Positions 19,820 to 31,346 are shown, counted from the stretch's first letter. The stretch: DNA of 64,000 nt from Andalucia godoyi And28 (GCA_009859145.1 VRVR01000034.1:119358-183357), one strand, 5' to 3'. Numbers and translations: made by a program. The notes: generated by a model from the letters alone, not told the origin.

Positions 19820-20797
19820 CTAGTTCAGCGGGAGATTCAGCTCGACGGCATCCTTCCAATACGGCAAGAATCGTGCAGCAGACGGAAAGTGCGGTTCCAG
19901 AACATCATACACAACCAGCTGTCCAAGAGGAGAGAAGTGGAGACCGTCGCTCATGAGCGCATCCACAGACACCGATCGAATCTTAGCTGCCCTTTCGAGC
20001 TCGGAGAACATGTCGACAAACACTATGTTCGGATCTGCCTCCTGCGAAGAACAAGAAGACGCACACTTCTGAGTTACTGCACGTGCACGCTCTGCATATG
20101 CACGAGCACGTTCTGAATTGCGGTCGGCACCAGAACAACCCATTGCGATGCAGTGCGCATGGTACTTGTCATGAATGACTGGAGTGCACCCGACGACAAT
20201 CACCCGGGCAGCCACTCTGCGAACACGCTGCACGATCTCCTCGAGGTTCTGTGCAAACTCCTCAATTCCGACATGCTGGATAGAAGATTCAACAGCAGCG
20301 TCGTTCGCACCTAGCCAAACAACAGCGCAATCAATGGGATACCTTGCGCCACCGTCAACTCCGCTATGGCCATGATCATGGTCTTGGAAATCCAAGATTC
20401 GAGACAGTGCTGACTTCACAAGGCGCGTCGTGTATCCCGAGAATCCGCGGTTCAGAATATCGGCGGTTCGAACGTACGTAGACTGCAATCGGTGGACCCA
20501 ACCAAGCTCGGACACCGCCGCAATTTCCGACTCGGTGCGGATCACCACGTTGTAGCCTCGTTCTGTAAGAGAATCGCCAAGCAGCAAGAACAGCAATGGT
20601 CGTTCAGACGAGTAGGGCAACGGACGTCGAGATGAGTTCATACTGAAAATTGCCTCCCGTATCCAAGCTGTCCAATCTGCCAAGAACACTCTCCGGAGAA
20701 AAATTCGTTTTTCCAAGAATCTCTGCCTTCCAACAGCGGCCAACTGTAGTAAAAGCGCAAAAAAGCTGCGAAAAAGGATTTTGACTGCATTCATTCT
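19820..20797 (-). CDS. IAH1: SGNH/GDSL hydrolase, IAH1-like esterase
   Basis: LLGDSLTE, DILNRGFSGYTT, VWLGANDA, SDGLHFS. Start is either 20797 or 20644. Confidence 0.85.
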   Translation of the reverse strand, partial: RMNAVKILFRSFFALLLQLAAVGRQRFLEKRIFLRRVFLADWTAWIREAIFSMNSSRRPLPYSSERPLLFLLLGDSLTERGYNVVIRTESEIAAVSELGWVHRLQSTYVRTADILNRGFSGYTTRLVKSALSRILDFQDHDHGHSGVDGGARYPIDCAVVWLGANDAAVESSIQHVGIEEFAQNLEEIVQRVRRVAARVIVVGCTPVIHDKYHAHCIAMGCSGADRNSERARAYAERARAVTQKCASSCSSQEADPNIVFVDMFSELERAAKIRSVSVDALMSDGLHFSPLGQLVVYDVLEPHFPSAARFLPYWKDAVELNLPLN

Positions 20798-20803
20798 GGG
20801 GAG

Positions 20804-20835
<32 letters not shown>

Positions 20836-20836
20836 A

Positions 20837-20881
<45 letters not shown>

Positions 20882-20951
20882 AAAGAAGAAGAAGAATAAT
20901 AGGAGTAGTAGTGGTGGTGATAATTCTCGATTGTATTTCTGCAAAGACCAC

Positions 20952-21920
20952 ATGAGCTCAGTTCTTGGACCTCCGGTGTCGGACAGTGAGCGGACCTTCA
21001 AGATTCTGTGTGTGGGCGACTATGCGACCGGGAAGACATCGCTGATCCAGCGACTCTGCACGGGGTTTTTCACTCCGAATTACAAGGTCACAATAGGAGT
21101 TGATTTTGGAAAGCGGTCTTATCCAGGACGATGGGTTGATTCGTCTTTTGCATCCGACTCGGTTTCTGTTTCTGAAGGCCAAGCCGCTGATTCGAACCGT
21201 CAGCAGCACCAGCACAACGAATCCGAGTCGAATGCCGATCGATCCGTGTCTGTGGATGATGAGCTGTCCGGAAAGCACTTTGTGGAAGGGTACAATGTTC
21301 AGCTGTGGGATGTTGCTGGCCATGAGCGATTTGGAACGATGCTTGGTGTGTACTACCGGCAGGCAGCTGGGGCAGTGATTGTGTGCGATGTTTCAAGACC
21401 GCAGACGAGTGTGTCGGTGACAAAATGGGTCCGCGATATGGATGAAAAGGTACGACTTCCGAACGGAGACAAGATTCCAAAGATACTGATTGTCAACAAG
21501 TGCGACATGCTTGAAGAACGCGACAAGTCTGCTGCTTTGAGCGGAAGCGGTGGAGGTGCCGAGGAGAGCGGGGAAGGGACGCCAAAGGCACACAGTGGAC
21601 CGGCAAAGCAATTTGTGGAGCCGTCCGCCGCAGATGCGCTGTGTCAAGAGTTGGATCTGCTGGGATGGTTCTACACCTCTTCGAAAACAGGAGTCAATGT
21701 CGAGGATGCATTCATGTCGATTGGAGACGCCGTAAGTACACGCGGCGAGTGTTCGCTGCAGCAAATCAATTCCAAAAAGAACTTTGCTCATAGCACAGTC
21801 TCCCTTTCCAGACCAACGTCGCCAAAGACTCCTCACTCTCCGTCTCAAAACAATAGGAATCCCGGCATTGGCGATCTCGGCGCCGCAGGTTCCACAAAGA
21901 AAAAGGGCGGATGTTGTTGA
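20952..21920 (+). CDS. Rab32/38/29-family small GTPase
   Basis: GDYATGKTS, YKVTIGVDF, LWDVAGHERFG, NKCD, YTSSK, C-terminal GGCC. FG-x-M...VYYR in switch II is the Rab32-family pattern. Confidence 0.85.
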   Translation: MSSVLGPPVSDSERTFKILCVGDYATGKTSLIQRLCTGFFTPNYKVTIGVDFGKRSYPGRWVDSSFASDSVSVSEGQAADSNRQQHQHNESESNADRSVSVDDELSGKHFVEGYNVQLWDVAGHERFGTMLGVYYRQAAGAVIVCDVSRPQTSVSVTKWVRDMDEKVRLPNGDKIPKILIVNKCDMLEERDKSAALSGSGGGAEESGEGTPKAHSGPAKQFVEPSAADALCQELDLLGWFYTSSKTGVNVEDAFMSIGDAVSTRGECSLQQINSKKNFAHSTVSLSRPTSPKTPHSPSQNNRNPGIGDLGAAGSTKKKGGCC

Positions 21921-22077
21921 ACGTGCAGGGTGCAGCACGTCTCTCCTCTACCCCTCTCTGGGCACCACCTCCTCGTCATCCGCCACCCATAAACAATTCG
22001 CATCTGCGCGGCGGCCTATGTGCGTATTTGTGGTCTTGTGGAACTTCTTCGCAGCGAAACATTTGTATACTGGTATT

Positions 22078-22127
22078 TCTTCTTCTTCTTCTTCTTCTTC
22101 TTCTTCTTCTTCTTCTTCTTCTTCTTC

Positions 22128-22159
<32 letters not shown>

Positions 22160-22160
22160 G
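22078..22160. repeat. Compound (TCT)n(TGT)n microsatellite
   Basis: Read directly from the sequence. Confidence 0.95.
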
Positions 22161-22291
22161 CAGCGAACATAATCTAAAATAATAATTAAAATAAATAAAT
22201 AAAAGGGTACTGAAAATCAATGTGTTGGATAGGCTACAAAGAATGCTAAGAAAAATAAGATTGTTTTTCTTCTTGCGTCGTCCAATACAGA

Positions 22292-22846
22292 TCATGACGC
22301 AACTGCATCGAGCTCCATCTTGGCGCGCTCTAGGTCTGCAAGGAGTCCGTAGAATTGAGGAAGTGTCATTTCAGCCCACTGCGTCGTTCCATTCTCAAAC
22401 GTCAGTTTGATTTGCAAGTACGAGGCTCCGATGCCGGCCAATGCATGCGACTCGGACGATGCTGCAGTGACCCCGAATCTCCAGTCCATGTCGACAACGC
22501 GGCCTGAAGGCGTCAGAGCGTTCTTGAAGAAGCGATTAGAAATGTCAGTCATTCGCAACGACACTGCTTGGATTGTCGATGCTGACTGAGCCTCCGTCAT
22601 TCCGAGACAGTTGACCAAGTCCTCCTTGATTTCGGCCATAAACAAACCTTTTGGAAGTGCTGTGTTGAGAAAATAGTGAAGAAGAATGCGCAGTCCTTGT
22701 TGTGCCTCGCTCGAGGAAACTAACGTCAGAACAGAGTCTGCAGCAGCCGCAGTGGTCATCGTCGGATCTTGCGACAGAACAGATATGCAAGTCGAAACGA
22801 CTGTTTGCAAATCATCCGCAGATAATCTCAATGTAGAAAAGGACAT
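22292..22846 (-). CDS. COMMD7: COMM domain protein, COMMD7-like
   Basis: VVDMDWRFGVTAASSE...SYLQIKL...EMTLPQFYGLLADLERAK. Confidence 0.8.
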   Translation of the reverse strand: MSFSTLRLSADDLQTVVSTCISVLSQDPTMTTAAAADSVLTLVSSSEAQQGLRILLHYFLNTALPKGLFMAEIKEDLVNCLGMTEAQSASTIQAVSLRMTDISNRFFKNALTPSGRVVDMDWRFGVTAASSESHALAGIGASYLQIKLTFENGTTQWAEMTLPQFYGLLADLERAKMELDAVAS

Positions 22847-22920
22847 TGTTCAGAAACGCTGACCGGAGGGGATAGAATCCAGTACACCGGAATGGTTGCT
22901 CAACACGTGGGAGAGAGTGT

Positions 22921-22974
22921 GCGTGTGCGTGTGCGTGTGCGTGTGCGTGTGCGTGTGCGTGTGCGTGTGCGTGT
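22921..22974. repeat. (GCGTGT)n hexanucleotide repeat in a divergent intergenic region
   Basis: Read directly from the sequence. Confidence 0.9.
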
Positions 22975-23335
22975 GTGTGTGGGAGAGAGAGCGAGAGTGA
23001 GAAAGTGAGAAAGTCCACACTCAGAACTCCAGACTCGGGAGAACCAAAAAAATTAAAAATTAAAAATTAACCGAGAATTTCTTTCCGGTCGTAAAGTTCG
23101 AACAATCGTTTGTTTGTTCGCTTTTACGGTCAGTGGGAAGATGGCTTTGTTTTTTCGCGGTTGTCCATCCTGGAGCTGCAAGAACGCGTTTCTGGGGAAA
23201 CTGATGAATGCACCCAGGCTGGAGGAAGAAGGGATAAAAATTAAAAAATTAAAAAAAGACAAGGGGGAAAAGAAAGATAGCAACCAAGGAGGGGCTGGAT
23301 TTTTGTTGACAGGAGTGGTGAAAGATACTGCGGTG

Positions 23336-23971
23336 ATGAGTGTGTTTGGAGGGCTTTTGCGCATGATTGGATATCACGGAAACTATGCAATGTCGATCCG
23401 CTCCTCTCGCGAAGTGTATGCCAGATGCATGCTGCAAGCTTCATCGGCTGACATGATCCATGCATTCCTTCCGACAAAGCTCGAGTTTTCACAAAAATGG
23501 GAATTTCACGTAATTCACGTATGGCTTGTGCTTCGAAGGCTTCGGAGCGTGCATCCCGATGCAAAATCCGCCGCCAAGGATGTGTCACAAAAGGTGTTTG
23601 ATCGAATGTGGGAAGATTCGGAGAAGAAGGTGCTGGATGCGGGTGTCTCTGCGTTTGTGTTGTCAAGGTACGTGAAGAAGCTCCAACAAGGATTCTATGG
23701 GTCCTGCATGGCGCTCGATCTCGCAACGTCCACGAACGCTGGAAGTGGTGCTGATGCAGTCCTGGCTGGAGCTCTGTTTCGCAATTTACACGAATGCGAC
23801 TCCACGGAAATATCTGCAGAGGCGCTTCGCAATGGGGCAGTGTATATCCGCGCACAACTGAATCACCTTTCTGCCATTCCGGATGCGCAGATGCTTGCCG
23901 GGGACTTTGCATTTTTGCCGTGGGAGAATGTGGAGCAAATCATTCAGAAATCGCTATCAACTGCAAACTAA
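23336..23971 (+). CDS. UQCC1: Complex III assembly chaperone Cbp3/UQCC1
   Basis: FSQKWEFHVIHVWLVLRRLR, FDRMWED, FYGSCMALD, LAGALFRN, AVYIRAQLNHL. Start uncertain; 23336 chosen. Confidence 0.85.
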   Translation: MSVFGGLLRMIGYHGNYAMSIRSSREVYARCMLQASSADMIHAFLPTKLEFSQKWEFHVIHVWLVLRRLRSVHPDAKSAAKDVSQKVFDRMWEDSEKKVLDAGVSAFVLSRYVKKLQQGFYGSCMALDLATSTNAGSGADAVLAGALFRNLHECDSTEISAEALRNGAVYIRAQLNHLSAIPDAQMLAGDFAFLPWENVEQIIQKSLSTAN

Positions 23972-24100
23972 GTAAAGCAGTGAACGGATGGGAAAAGGTG
24001 TTTTAAATTAAGGATTTTTATGTAAAAAGCAGCGAAATACTTGGTGGGGGGATGACTTACGACCTAACCACATATTTACAAAAAGGAGAACAAAGAAACC

Positions 24101-25887
24101 TTAGTCGATGGGATGACCAATGGTCTTCATGTGACGGCGGATGGCCTGGCGAACATCAGGGGGCGCGTCGCCATGGAAAATCCACTGACGGACAAGTTCT
24201 CGTACAACATCCATGCCATGAACTGGAGAGTCTTCGTCCGCAGACGGTGGGACCCCAAACTTGGCGGCAAGCTGTGACAAGGTCCACCGCATCCGAGACA
24301 AGTGAAAATCCGACATGGACGCATCATTTCGTGCACGATCTCCAGGATTGTCGATTAGGAAGGGTATGTACTCGTTCCACGACAGGACTCGCGGTTCAGC
24401 GCGACGAACCTTGGCTGCAGGGGCGCCAGCGGTGCGATCGCTGCTATCAACAGCACCACGATGATCCGTCTTCTGAAATGTCCTTTCCCACATCTTGTCC
24501 AGATATTTGCGAGGCCTCTGCGCGCGTTCCAGGCGCTGCACTGCCTCCGCCTCCGGTTCCAGACGGAACAAGTGTATTCCAATTCCACGCAATTCGGATG
24601 GAGGAATATTCAGCGGCTTCCATAGTTCGAATGCAAGGGCAGCAAAAATAGTCGCGTCATTCGTTGGCCTCCACAGCGTACCTGCTCGGTTGTGCACATC
24701 ACACCATCCATGACCCATGAACTTCGGAGGATCCCTCGGTGCATCACGGTGGCGCGACAGAACACGAAGGGTGACACGAGAGGCAACGGCCTTTTCAATC
24801 TGCATTTTCCTTTCCACCTGCAACGATACGTCCTGCAAGAGTTTGAAGACTTCTGAGTGATCAGCAACACGAATTGCATAATTAACATCGGTTCCGATGC
24901 TTTTTCGCTGGACGCTCTTGTCACACTGCAGAGGACGATTATCAATCCCTCTTGAAAATTCGTAGAGCATGTCGCCTGTCTTTGACCCAAACTTGTCCCG
25001 GAGAATTTGGACATCGGCAACCGTCTGCAAGTCTTGGCACGTTCGAATGCCGAGTTCATGAACCAGACGCTCTCGGAGCGCCGGTCCGACTCCTGGCAAC
25101 TCATCCACTGGCAACGGAGCAAGAATCAATTTCAATTGTTCCTCTTCATGTGTGTCGATGAAATGCTCGCCATTGGGCTTTGCTTTCTTCGTTGCAATCC
25201 TCGCAAGCAGCATGTTGTGGGAGATTCCCGCCGACGCCGTGCAGCCAGTCTCCTCTGCAATTTGCCTTCTCAAACTGCGGACAAACGCCAAAGGGTCACT
25301 GACATTGTGGACTTCCAAATAGGACTCGTCCACGGACATGGACTGAACGTACGGAGTACAATTAAAAAGGATGCGATACACCTTGTATGCAATCTTCTCA
25401 TACAACGCAAAGTCATATGGGACGACTTCCAGATTCGGACAGAGCTCGCGTGCTTGCGTCATCCACATGCCAGCACGTACACCAAAAGAGCGTGCTTCGT
25501 ACGACGCTGACGAGACCTCAGCGGCTCCCTTGGAATGCGCAACAACAAATGGTCTCCCTTTGAGCAGTGGATTGGACAGCAACGCACAGGAAGCGAAGAA
25601 CATATCCATGTCGACGTGGATGATGATGCGATTCTCAGAGAGAGGAATAGACGAGGGCAGCTGGATGCCCTGTTCGTGTACCCAATCCAGGAAACGCTGC
25701 CTCCATGAGCCAATGAAATGCAGACGAGAGTTCTTGAGAAATCCTTCGACGTCATTCGCTTGTGCTAGAACAATCCCACCAGACGGCTCAATTTTAGCCA
25801 GTGTCGGTGATTCCAACCTTGGCACCGGAACAGACTCGAGAAACGGGGGTTCCATTGCAGAACTACTGAGTCCGCCACCGTCTTTCA

Positions 25888-25921
<34 letters not shown>

Positions 25922-26494
25922 CGCACCGGAAGTAATGGCAGTACTGCTTCGCTTCTTCTGGAGCGATTCTGCGATTGTCGCCATTCCTGTTTCTGCAGCT
26001 GGCGCCGACATGCCTCTTGGGGGTTGCACACGATACGGAAACGTAGGAAGAATTCGAGAAGCAGCAATTGAATCCAACACCCACTGGGGTCGCACTAGGA
26101 TGTGCTTGCTTGTGGAAAGCTGCTTGTACTTTGCGGCTGACAGTGTGTCCGCAACAACATGTGTCACCTGAGACAACAAGTAATTCTCAAACATCCCACC
26201 ATGCTGCTGCATGAGAATCTTCAGCGAAGCGTGCGGGGGATTGGTCAGACCTGTGACGTAGATGCACACATCCTTGAAAAGATTGCTCGTCACAGGGACC
26301 CCGCCAGCGTTCAGAAAGGACTGTTCCGTTGACGCAGCGCCCGCGGAACTGGATTTTGCATCGTCTCGGCTTCCGTGAAAAAATTCGTTCCGTTGACCTA
26401 GAAATTGCTCCCGTTGTTTGGCGATCTTCCGCGCCATATACTCTCCAAAGGAGCCTCCGCGTGGATCATCATCCCTGTTGACGTTTCGATTCAT
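24101..26494 (-). CDS. REV1: Y-family deoxycytidyl transferase REV1
   Basis: GGSFGEYMARK N-terminus, BRCT domain (VTHVVA...VRPQWVLDSI), SRLHFIGSW N-digit, HVDMDMFF, SVDES, HNMLLARIATKKAKPNG. Confidence 0.93.
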
Positions 26495-27267
26495 TGCAGG
26501 AAAACACTGCCATCTGTCTTTGCAAATGCCACCACTACCATCTACACTGCAATAATGCTAAGAACAAAGATAATAATGATAATAATTACAACAATATGAC
26601 TTTGTGCGGAGAAGATTTGAATTTTCATATTTCATTTCTTTGTTCCACTCGACCACAGGAAACGGGGGAGCTCTACAGGCGTCCCAACGCCCTGTTCCTG
26701 GGGCTTGCAGGAATGAGGACGATTGACCACTGATGATAATGGTACATCGACGCAGCGAGCGAGGGACAGGGTGTTGGCCGGCCCCATCGAGCAGCGACCC
26801 CAGTGATTCGCCTCACCGCGATCAGCGGCCAATTTTTTCTCTCGCAGAACAAAAGATCTTCTCTCTGGGGTCTCTTCCGAAGTGGATGGGAAATGTGTAC
26901 CAGTCGCGAAACGTGCGGATGCGGGAGACTGGACTACTTTTTGCAGCGTCGGCGCATCGGCTCCTGCACGGATGTGCGTGCAGCCGTGCAAGCTGAACAA
27001 AAATGGAAGGAACCGCACTCCCGGTTACTTTGCTCTGCAACCTCTGCTGCACGCCCCTTCGTGTCTCTCCGGTGTCAGAAATGATTTTTGTTTCGCCTCG
27101 CACATGCGAGCTGCAGCGGGATTCGTTGAACAGGAAAAACTGGAATTCAGGACTGTGTTGTGCTCCGCTCAGGGGCTCCCACGAACAGAATCATTCCTGG
27201 CGTCCTTCATGTGTATATATGTGCATGTATGCATGCATATGAAAGTACCCGCTTCGTCATGTTCCCA

Positions 27268-27314
<47 letters not shown>

Positions 27315-27413
27315 GTCTCTCCGTCTTTGCGTATCAGTCTGCCTCTTTCGTTCTACCTCCTTCTTTCTGCCTGTTTTGACGCTTCCTTTACCTTAACTCC
27401 TACTGCATAAGAA

Positions 27414-30400
27414 ATGGGGGGATACTGTCACCATCTCCCAAAACTCTTGCTCTTTCTGACCGTTGCATTCTACGCCGCAACCGAGTCTGTGCAGGAGGCC
27501 CTGACTTCCACGCGCGAAGCAATTCAGCGCAAGCAGCAACGTCGCCCAGGCCTTCCTTCTCGTGAGCCCACGGACGGAATCCTTGCGGACGGCCGTTCTT
27601 TTTTCGCAGCGTCTTCCAACAAGCTGTGCGGACTGTTAAAGAGAGATTTCGGTTTCTCGCAAACCGTCGGCAACGCAACTTGGTGGCACGTCCTCCGCTG
27701 TCGGTTTTCCGAAAAGGTCGTCACCGATGTCCAGGCTGCGGTCGCATCTTTCACCTTCGACATGGTGAACAAGATTGCGTCGACTGCACATCCTTCCAGG
27801 ATGGCACAGTCTTCAAGCAGTCCCGATGTGGTTGCCAACTTTCAGTCGTCGGTTTTGCTGCAGGATTCCGCGACGAGTTCTGCTCGGAGAGCGTCGCAGG
27901 CTTACTTCTCATCTTTTGAAGAGGATTGCCTTGCACTGTGGTCCATTTACGAAACAACGAATGGAACCGGCTGGAGAAACCAAACAGGATGGAATCTCGG
28001 AAGGGAATACATTCGAGTTAATTGCTGCAGTGGGGAGGTATACGGAGTAACCTGCGATCAGAACGGACGTGTGACTGCACTCGTTCTTAGTGATAACAGG
28101 CTGGCTGGTGCCATTTCTCGTGCGATAAGCCAGCTGTCGGCCATCACGAACGTGGATCTCAACACAAACTCTCTGTACGGGGTCATTCCTCCTGTATTCC
28201 AAAAATTTCCAGCACTTCGGTTTCTGGACCTGTCGTCGAATTTGTTGTCAGGAGGATTTCCTGCTTTCGCCAACGACAGTCAGCTGAACCACCTGGATTT
28301 GGCTGCAAATGAACTGGAAGGTCCTCTCCCCGAGATGATTGGCGAGCTGAAAAGTCTGAGCCACTTGGATCTCAGTTCGAATTCGTTCAGTGGAACCATT
28401 CCATCGGCTTTAGGACGCCTGCAACAACTCCAGACGCTGAATCTGTTTTCGAATCGCTTCACAGGGCCAATTACCTTCAGCTTTACGGGAATGACTCAAT
28501 TGCAAACGCTGAATCTGCGAATGAACTTCCTTGACAGCTGGATCCCAGACGGCATCCGAGATCTTTCGGGGTTGCAACGACTCGATTTTTCTTCGAATCG
28601 CTTCTCGGGATCCATTCCCCTGAGTATTGGAAACTTGACCAACATTATCTACCTCGATTTGTCTTCCAACTTGCTGGAAAGCTCCATTCCGGATAACATC
28701 GGTCAGTTGGTGCAGTTGGAAACTTTGGATTTGTCTTCGAACCGGCTCAGTGGCCCTGTCCCCGGGTCGTTTTTGAACCTCGGAAAACTGCTTGTTTTGC
28801 ATTTGTACTCCAATCTGCTTAACGGATCCATTATCGTCCCAGACCTTGCTGCAAAGTTACCGCACCTGCAGGACCTTCAGATTCAGAACAACTTCCTGTC
28901 TGGAAATATCGTGGATTTCAGCTTACCGAAAGACCTCGTTACTCTGAACGCCCGTCTGAATGAATTTTCTGGTCCTCTTCATGAGTCCCTCTGTAATCTG
29001 ACAAACCTGAAGTTCCTTTACATTTCCTCCAACCGCCTCACCGCGTTTCCCAACTGCTCTCTCCCGCAGCTGGTGAACCTGGACTTGTCTGCGAATCAGC
29101 TCTCTCAGTTTCCCTTTGATCGAATCTCAGAGTTTTCTTCGCTAATAAGCTTGGATCTTTCTCTCAATCTTCTTGAAGGTGATTTTCCGCGATATCTGTT
29201 CCAGCAGGGCTTGTCTTTAAGATCTCTCTCCCTGGCACGGAACAGTTTCCAAGGCGCATTTCCGCTATGGTTGTGTGCGAATTCTTCTCCGATGGCAGAG
29301 TCTGCAAACCAACACTTGACTGGCTTGATCGATCTTGATCTGTCTGGCAACAACATCACCGGAGCCCCTGGAATATTCTCCACCAAGATCTGCGATACAC
29401 GTTGCCCAACTTTGTATGTGAGTCTGTCGGTCTTGGTAATGTCTTCATCGTCCTTGCCATCCATTTTCCCGTCCTACTCCTATGTTACGGAATCCGGAAA
29501 GCCATGCACAACTGCACCTTATCCTCCAACAGCCATGTTTGCGAATCTTCCATCGCTCCGCCGTCTTGTCCTGCGAGATAACGGTCTTTCAGTTGGACTA
29601 GACAGGATATTCGACGACCTTCCTGTGCTGAACGAGGTTGACATTTCTGGAAATGCGGACGCACGCAAGAACTCTCTTTCGACCGCAAATCAGCGACTGT
29701 TCTCGTTCGATCCTTCCTCAGCTTATCCGTACAACAGAGAGATCATTTGCTACAAAGCCAACATTCGCTCGTATGAATGGCAGGTGGAGCAGTTGGAGAT
29801 TACTGCCGATCCCAGCTTTTATGACTTCAAGAACTGCCTGTGCCGTCCTGGGTTCTACCGCAAGCCTCCCCACTGCATCCCTTGTATGTCTGAGCATGCT
29901 GTCTGTTCATTTGATCCGAGTACTGATTTGTCAACACTGGACCCACTTCTGGCCTACAACCAAAGCGGAAATGTGGTTCCGAAACCGGGGTACTATCCTT
30001 CACCCAACGTGCCTCTGCCAGAGATGGAGCGGGATGAAAGGTATCCAGTAACCATCGAGATTTGCCCAAACGCAGGAACGGACATAACTCCGTGTCAATC
30101 AACAAGCACGTCAGTTTGCATTCGGGGATATCAAGGAAGGTTGTGCACCTCCTGCGAGCAAGGATACTTTCGAACCGGAGATCGATGTGTTTCGTGCCCT
30201 TCGAGAGTCGGACTGGTTTTATTCGCATTGCTCGTCTTCACCGTCATTTGCTGTGTCGTTGCATGGTCGTTTTTCGTTGGAAGTTCTTCTTCGGGTGTCT
30301 TCAAGATCCTGCTGTTCTTTATTCAGGCTCTTTATTACCTTCGAGCACCAATGCCAGTCAATCTGTATGTCATCACAAACAGCAGTACTTCACTGTCGAA

Positions 30401-31346
30401 CCTTTCGTTTGCTGGACCGGAATGTTTTTTCAAGGACTGGAGTCATACAGAGTCTTTTGTGGTTGCCGTCACAGCTCCTGTCGTGTCTGGTCTCATTGTT
30501 TTCGGAATATGGGCAGTTCGTGCGTCCTGGTTCAAGATGCGCCGCTGCATGTATGGAGTTCGCCTCTCCTCTCGCCAGTGGAATTCATGGATCGACAGAA
30601 GCAGGCGGTCCGCAATTTTCTTGTTCACAGTGTTGTTCAGTCCCGCAATCAGCGCCGTGCTTGCACCGCTTTCGTGTGCAAAAGACATGGGCGACGGAGA
30701 GTCGTATCTCCGTTATTACCCTGATGTCAAATGCTCAGCAACCATGCAGATTGCCGCTTCGCTGTTTCTCCTTTTTTACGGAGTGTGTGTTCCGGGAACT
30801 CTGATATTCCTGGTACGGCGAAGCGATGTCTTGAAGAGCTCCACTTCTCAGCATTCGCGGCGCATGTACGTGTATTCCCTGCTGTTCGACTCGTACCGCA
30901 AGGGCTGCCGCTGGTGGGAAATACTGGTTACCGTGCGTCGGATCTTGTTTGTCGCTGCGTATGTGACAATCAGTCGTCTTTCCCAGTTCCGAACAGTGTT
31001 AGTCTCCATTGTCCTGTCCGCAGCAACCGTTTTCCAGGCAACTGCCATTCCATATGGTACCAAGACTGACAACATTGCAGAATCTACATCTCTGGCTCTT
31101 CTCCTGGTGAATCTCCTTTGCAGCATCCAGTCCGACGTGTTAGGCATTTTTGATGTTGAAACCGTAGGTATCATTTTATTTTCCCTCAATCTGGGGTTCG
31201 TTGGTGTCCTTTCTTTTGTTTTGACCCTCCATCTCCGTAAGCATGTTATCGAATATTTCGCGACAAGAGATTTTCGGAAGATAGTTCTGGACAACAAGGA
31301 GCTTCGACGGTCCATCCGTTCACTCCTTCGAAGCGGAGAGCCCTGA
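27414..31346 (+). CDS. Large LRR ectodomain + Cys-rich region + multi-pass (about 7 TM) receptor-like protein
   Basis: N-terminal hydrophobic segment; plant-RLK-type LRRNT cap (CCSGEVYGVTCD); roughly 18-20 LxxLDLSxNxLxG repeats; Cys-rich C...CxxCxxGYF region; about 7 hydrophobic helices with YRKGCRWWEI and PYGTKTDN motifs. Confidence 0.85.
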   Translation: MGGYCHHLPKLLLFLTVAFYAATESVQEALTSTREAIQRKQQRRPGLPSREPTDGILADGRSFFAASSNKLCGLLKRDFGFSQTVGNATWWHVLRCRFSEKVVTDVQAAVASFTFDMVNKIASTAHPSRMAQSSSSPDVVANFQSSVLLQDSATSSARRASQAYFSSFEEDCLALWSIYETTNGTGWRNQTGWNLGREYIRVNCCSGEVYGVTCDQNGRVTALVLSDNRLAGAISRAISQLSAITNVDLNTNSLYGVIPPVFQKFPALRFLDLSSNLLSGGFPAFANDSQLNHLDLAANELEGPLPEMIGELKSLSHLDLSSNSFSGTIPSALGRLQQLQTLNLFSNRFTGPITFSFTGMTQLQTLNLRMNFLDSWIPDGIRDLSGLQRLDFSSNRFSGSIPLSIGNLTNIIYLDLSSNLLESSIPDNIGQLVQLETLDLSSNRLSGPVPGSFLNLGKLLVLHLYSNLLNGSIIVPDLAAKLPHLQDLQIQNNFLSGNIVDFSLPKDLVTLNARLNEFSGPLHESLCNLTNLKFLYISSNRLTAFPNCSLPQLVNLDLSANQLSQFPFDRISEFSSLISLDLSLNLLEGDFPRYLFQQGLSLRSLSLARNSFQGAFPLWLCANSSPMAESANQHLTGLIDLDLSGNNITGAPGIFSTKICDTRCPTLYVSLSVLVMSSSSLPSIFPSYSYVTESGKPCTTAPYPPTAMFANLPSLRRLVLRDNGLSVGLDRIFDDLPVLNEVDISGNADARKNSLSTANQRLFSFDPSSAYPYNREIICYKANIRSYEWQVEQLEITADPSFYDFKNCLCRPGFYRKPPHCIPCMSEHAVCSFDPSTDLSTLDPLLAYNQSGNVVPKPGYYPSPNVPLPEMERDERYPVTIEICPNAGTDITPCQSTSTSVCIRGYQGRLCTSCEQGYFRTGDRCVSCPSRVGLVLFALLVFTVICCVVAWSFFVGSSSSGVFKILLFFIQALYYLRAPMPVNLYVITNSSTSLSNLSFAGPECFFKDWSHTESFVVAVTAPVVSGLIVFGIWAVRASWFKMRRCMYGVRLSSRQWNSWIDRSRRSAIFLFTVLFSPAISAVLAPLSCAKDMGDGESYLRYYPDVKCSATMQIAASLFLLFYGVCVPGTLIFLVRRSDVLKSSTSQHSRRMYVYSLLFDSYRKGCRWWEILVTVRRILFVAAYVTISRLSQFRTVLVSIVLSAATVFQATAIPYGTKTDNIAESTSLALLLVNLLCSIQSDVLGIFDVETVGIILFSLNLGFVGVLSFVLTLHLRKHVIEYFATRDFRKIVLDNKELRRSIRSLLRSGEP

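Noticed and set aside
26700-26800. TGATGA / CTGA boxes as a C/D snoRNA
   Set aside because: Box order and spacing are unconvincing, with no terminal stem and no rRNA complement that I can verify.
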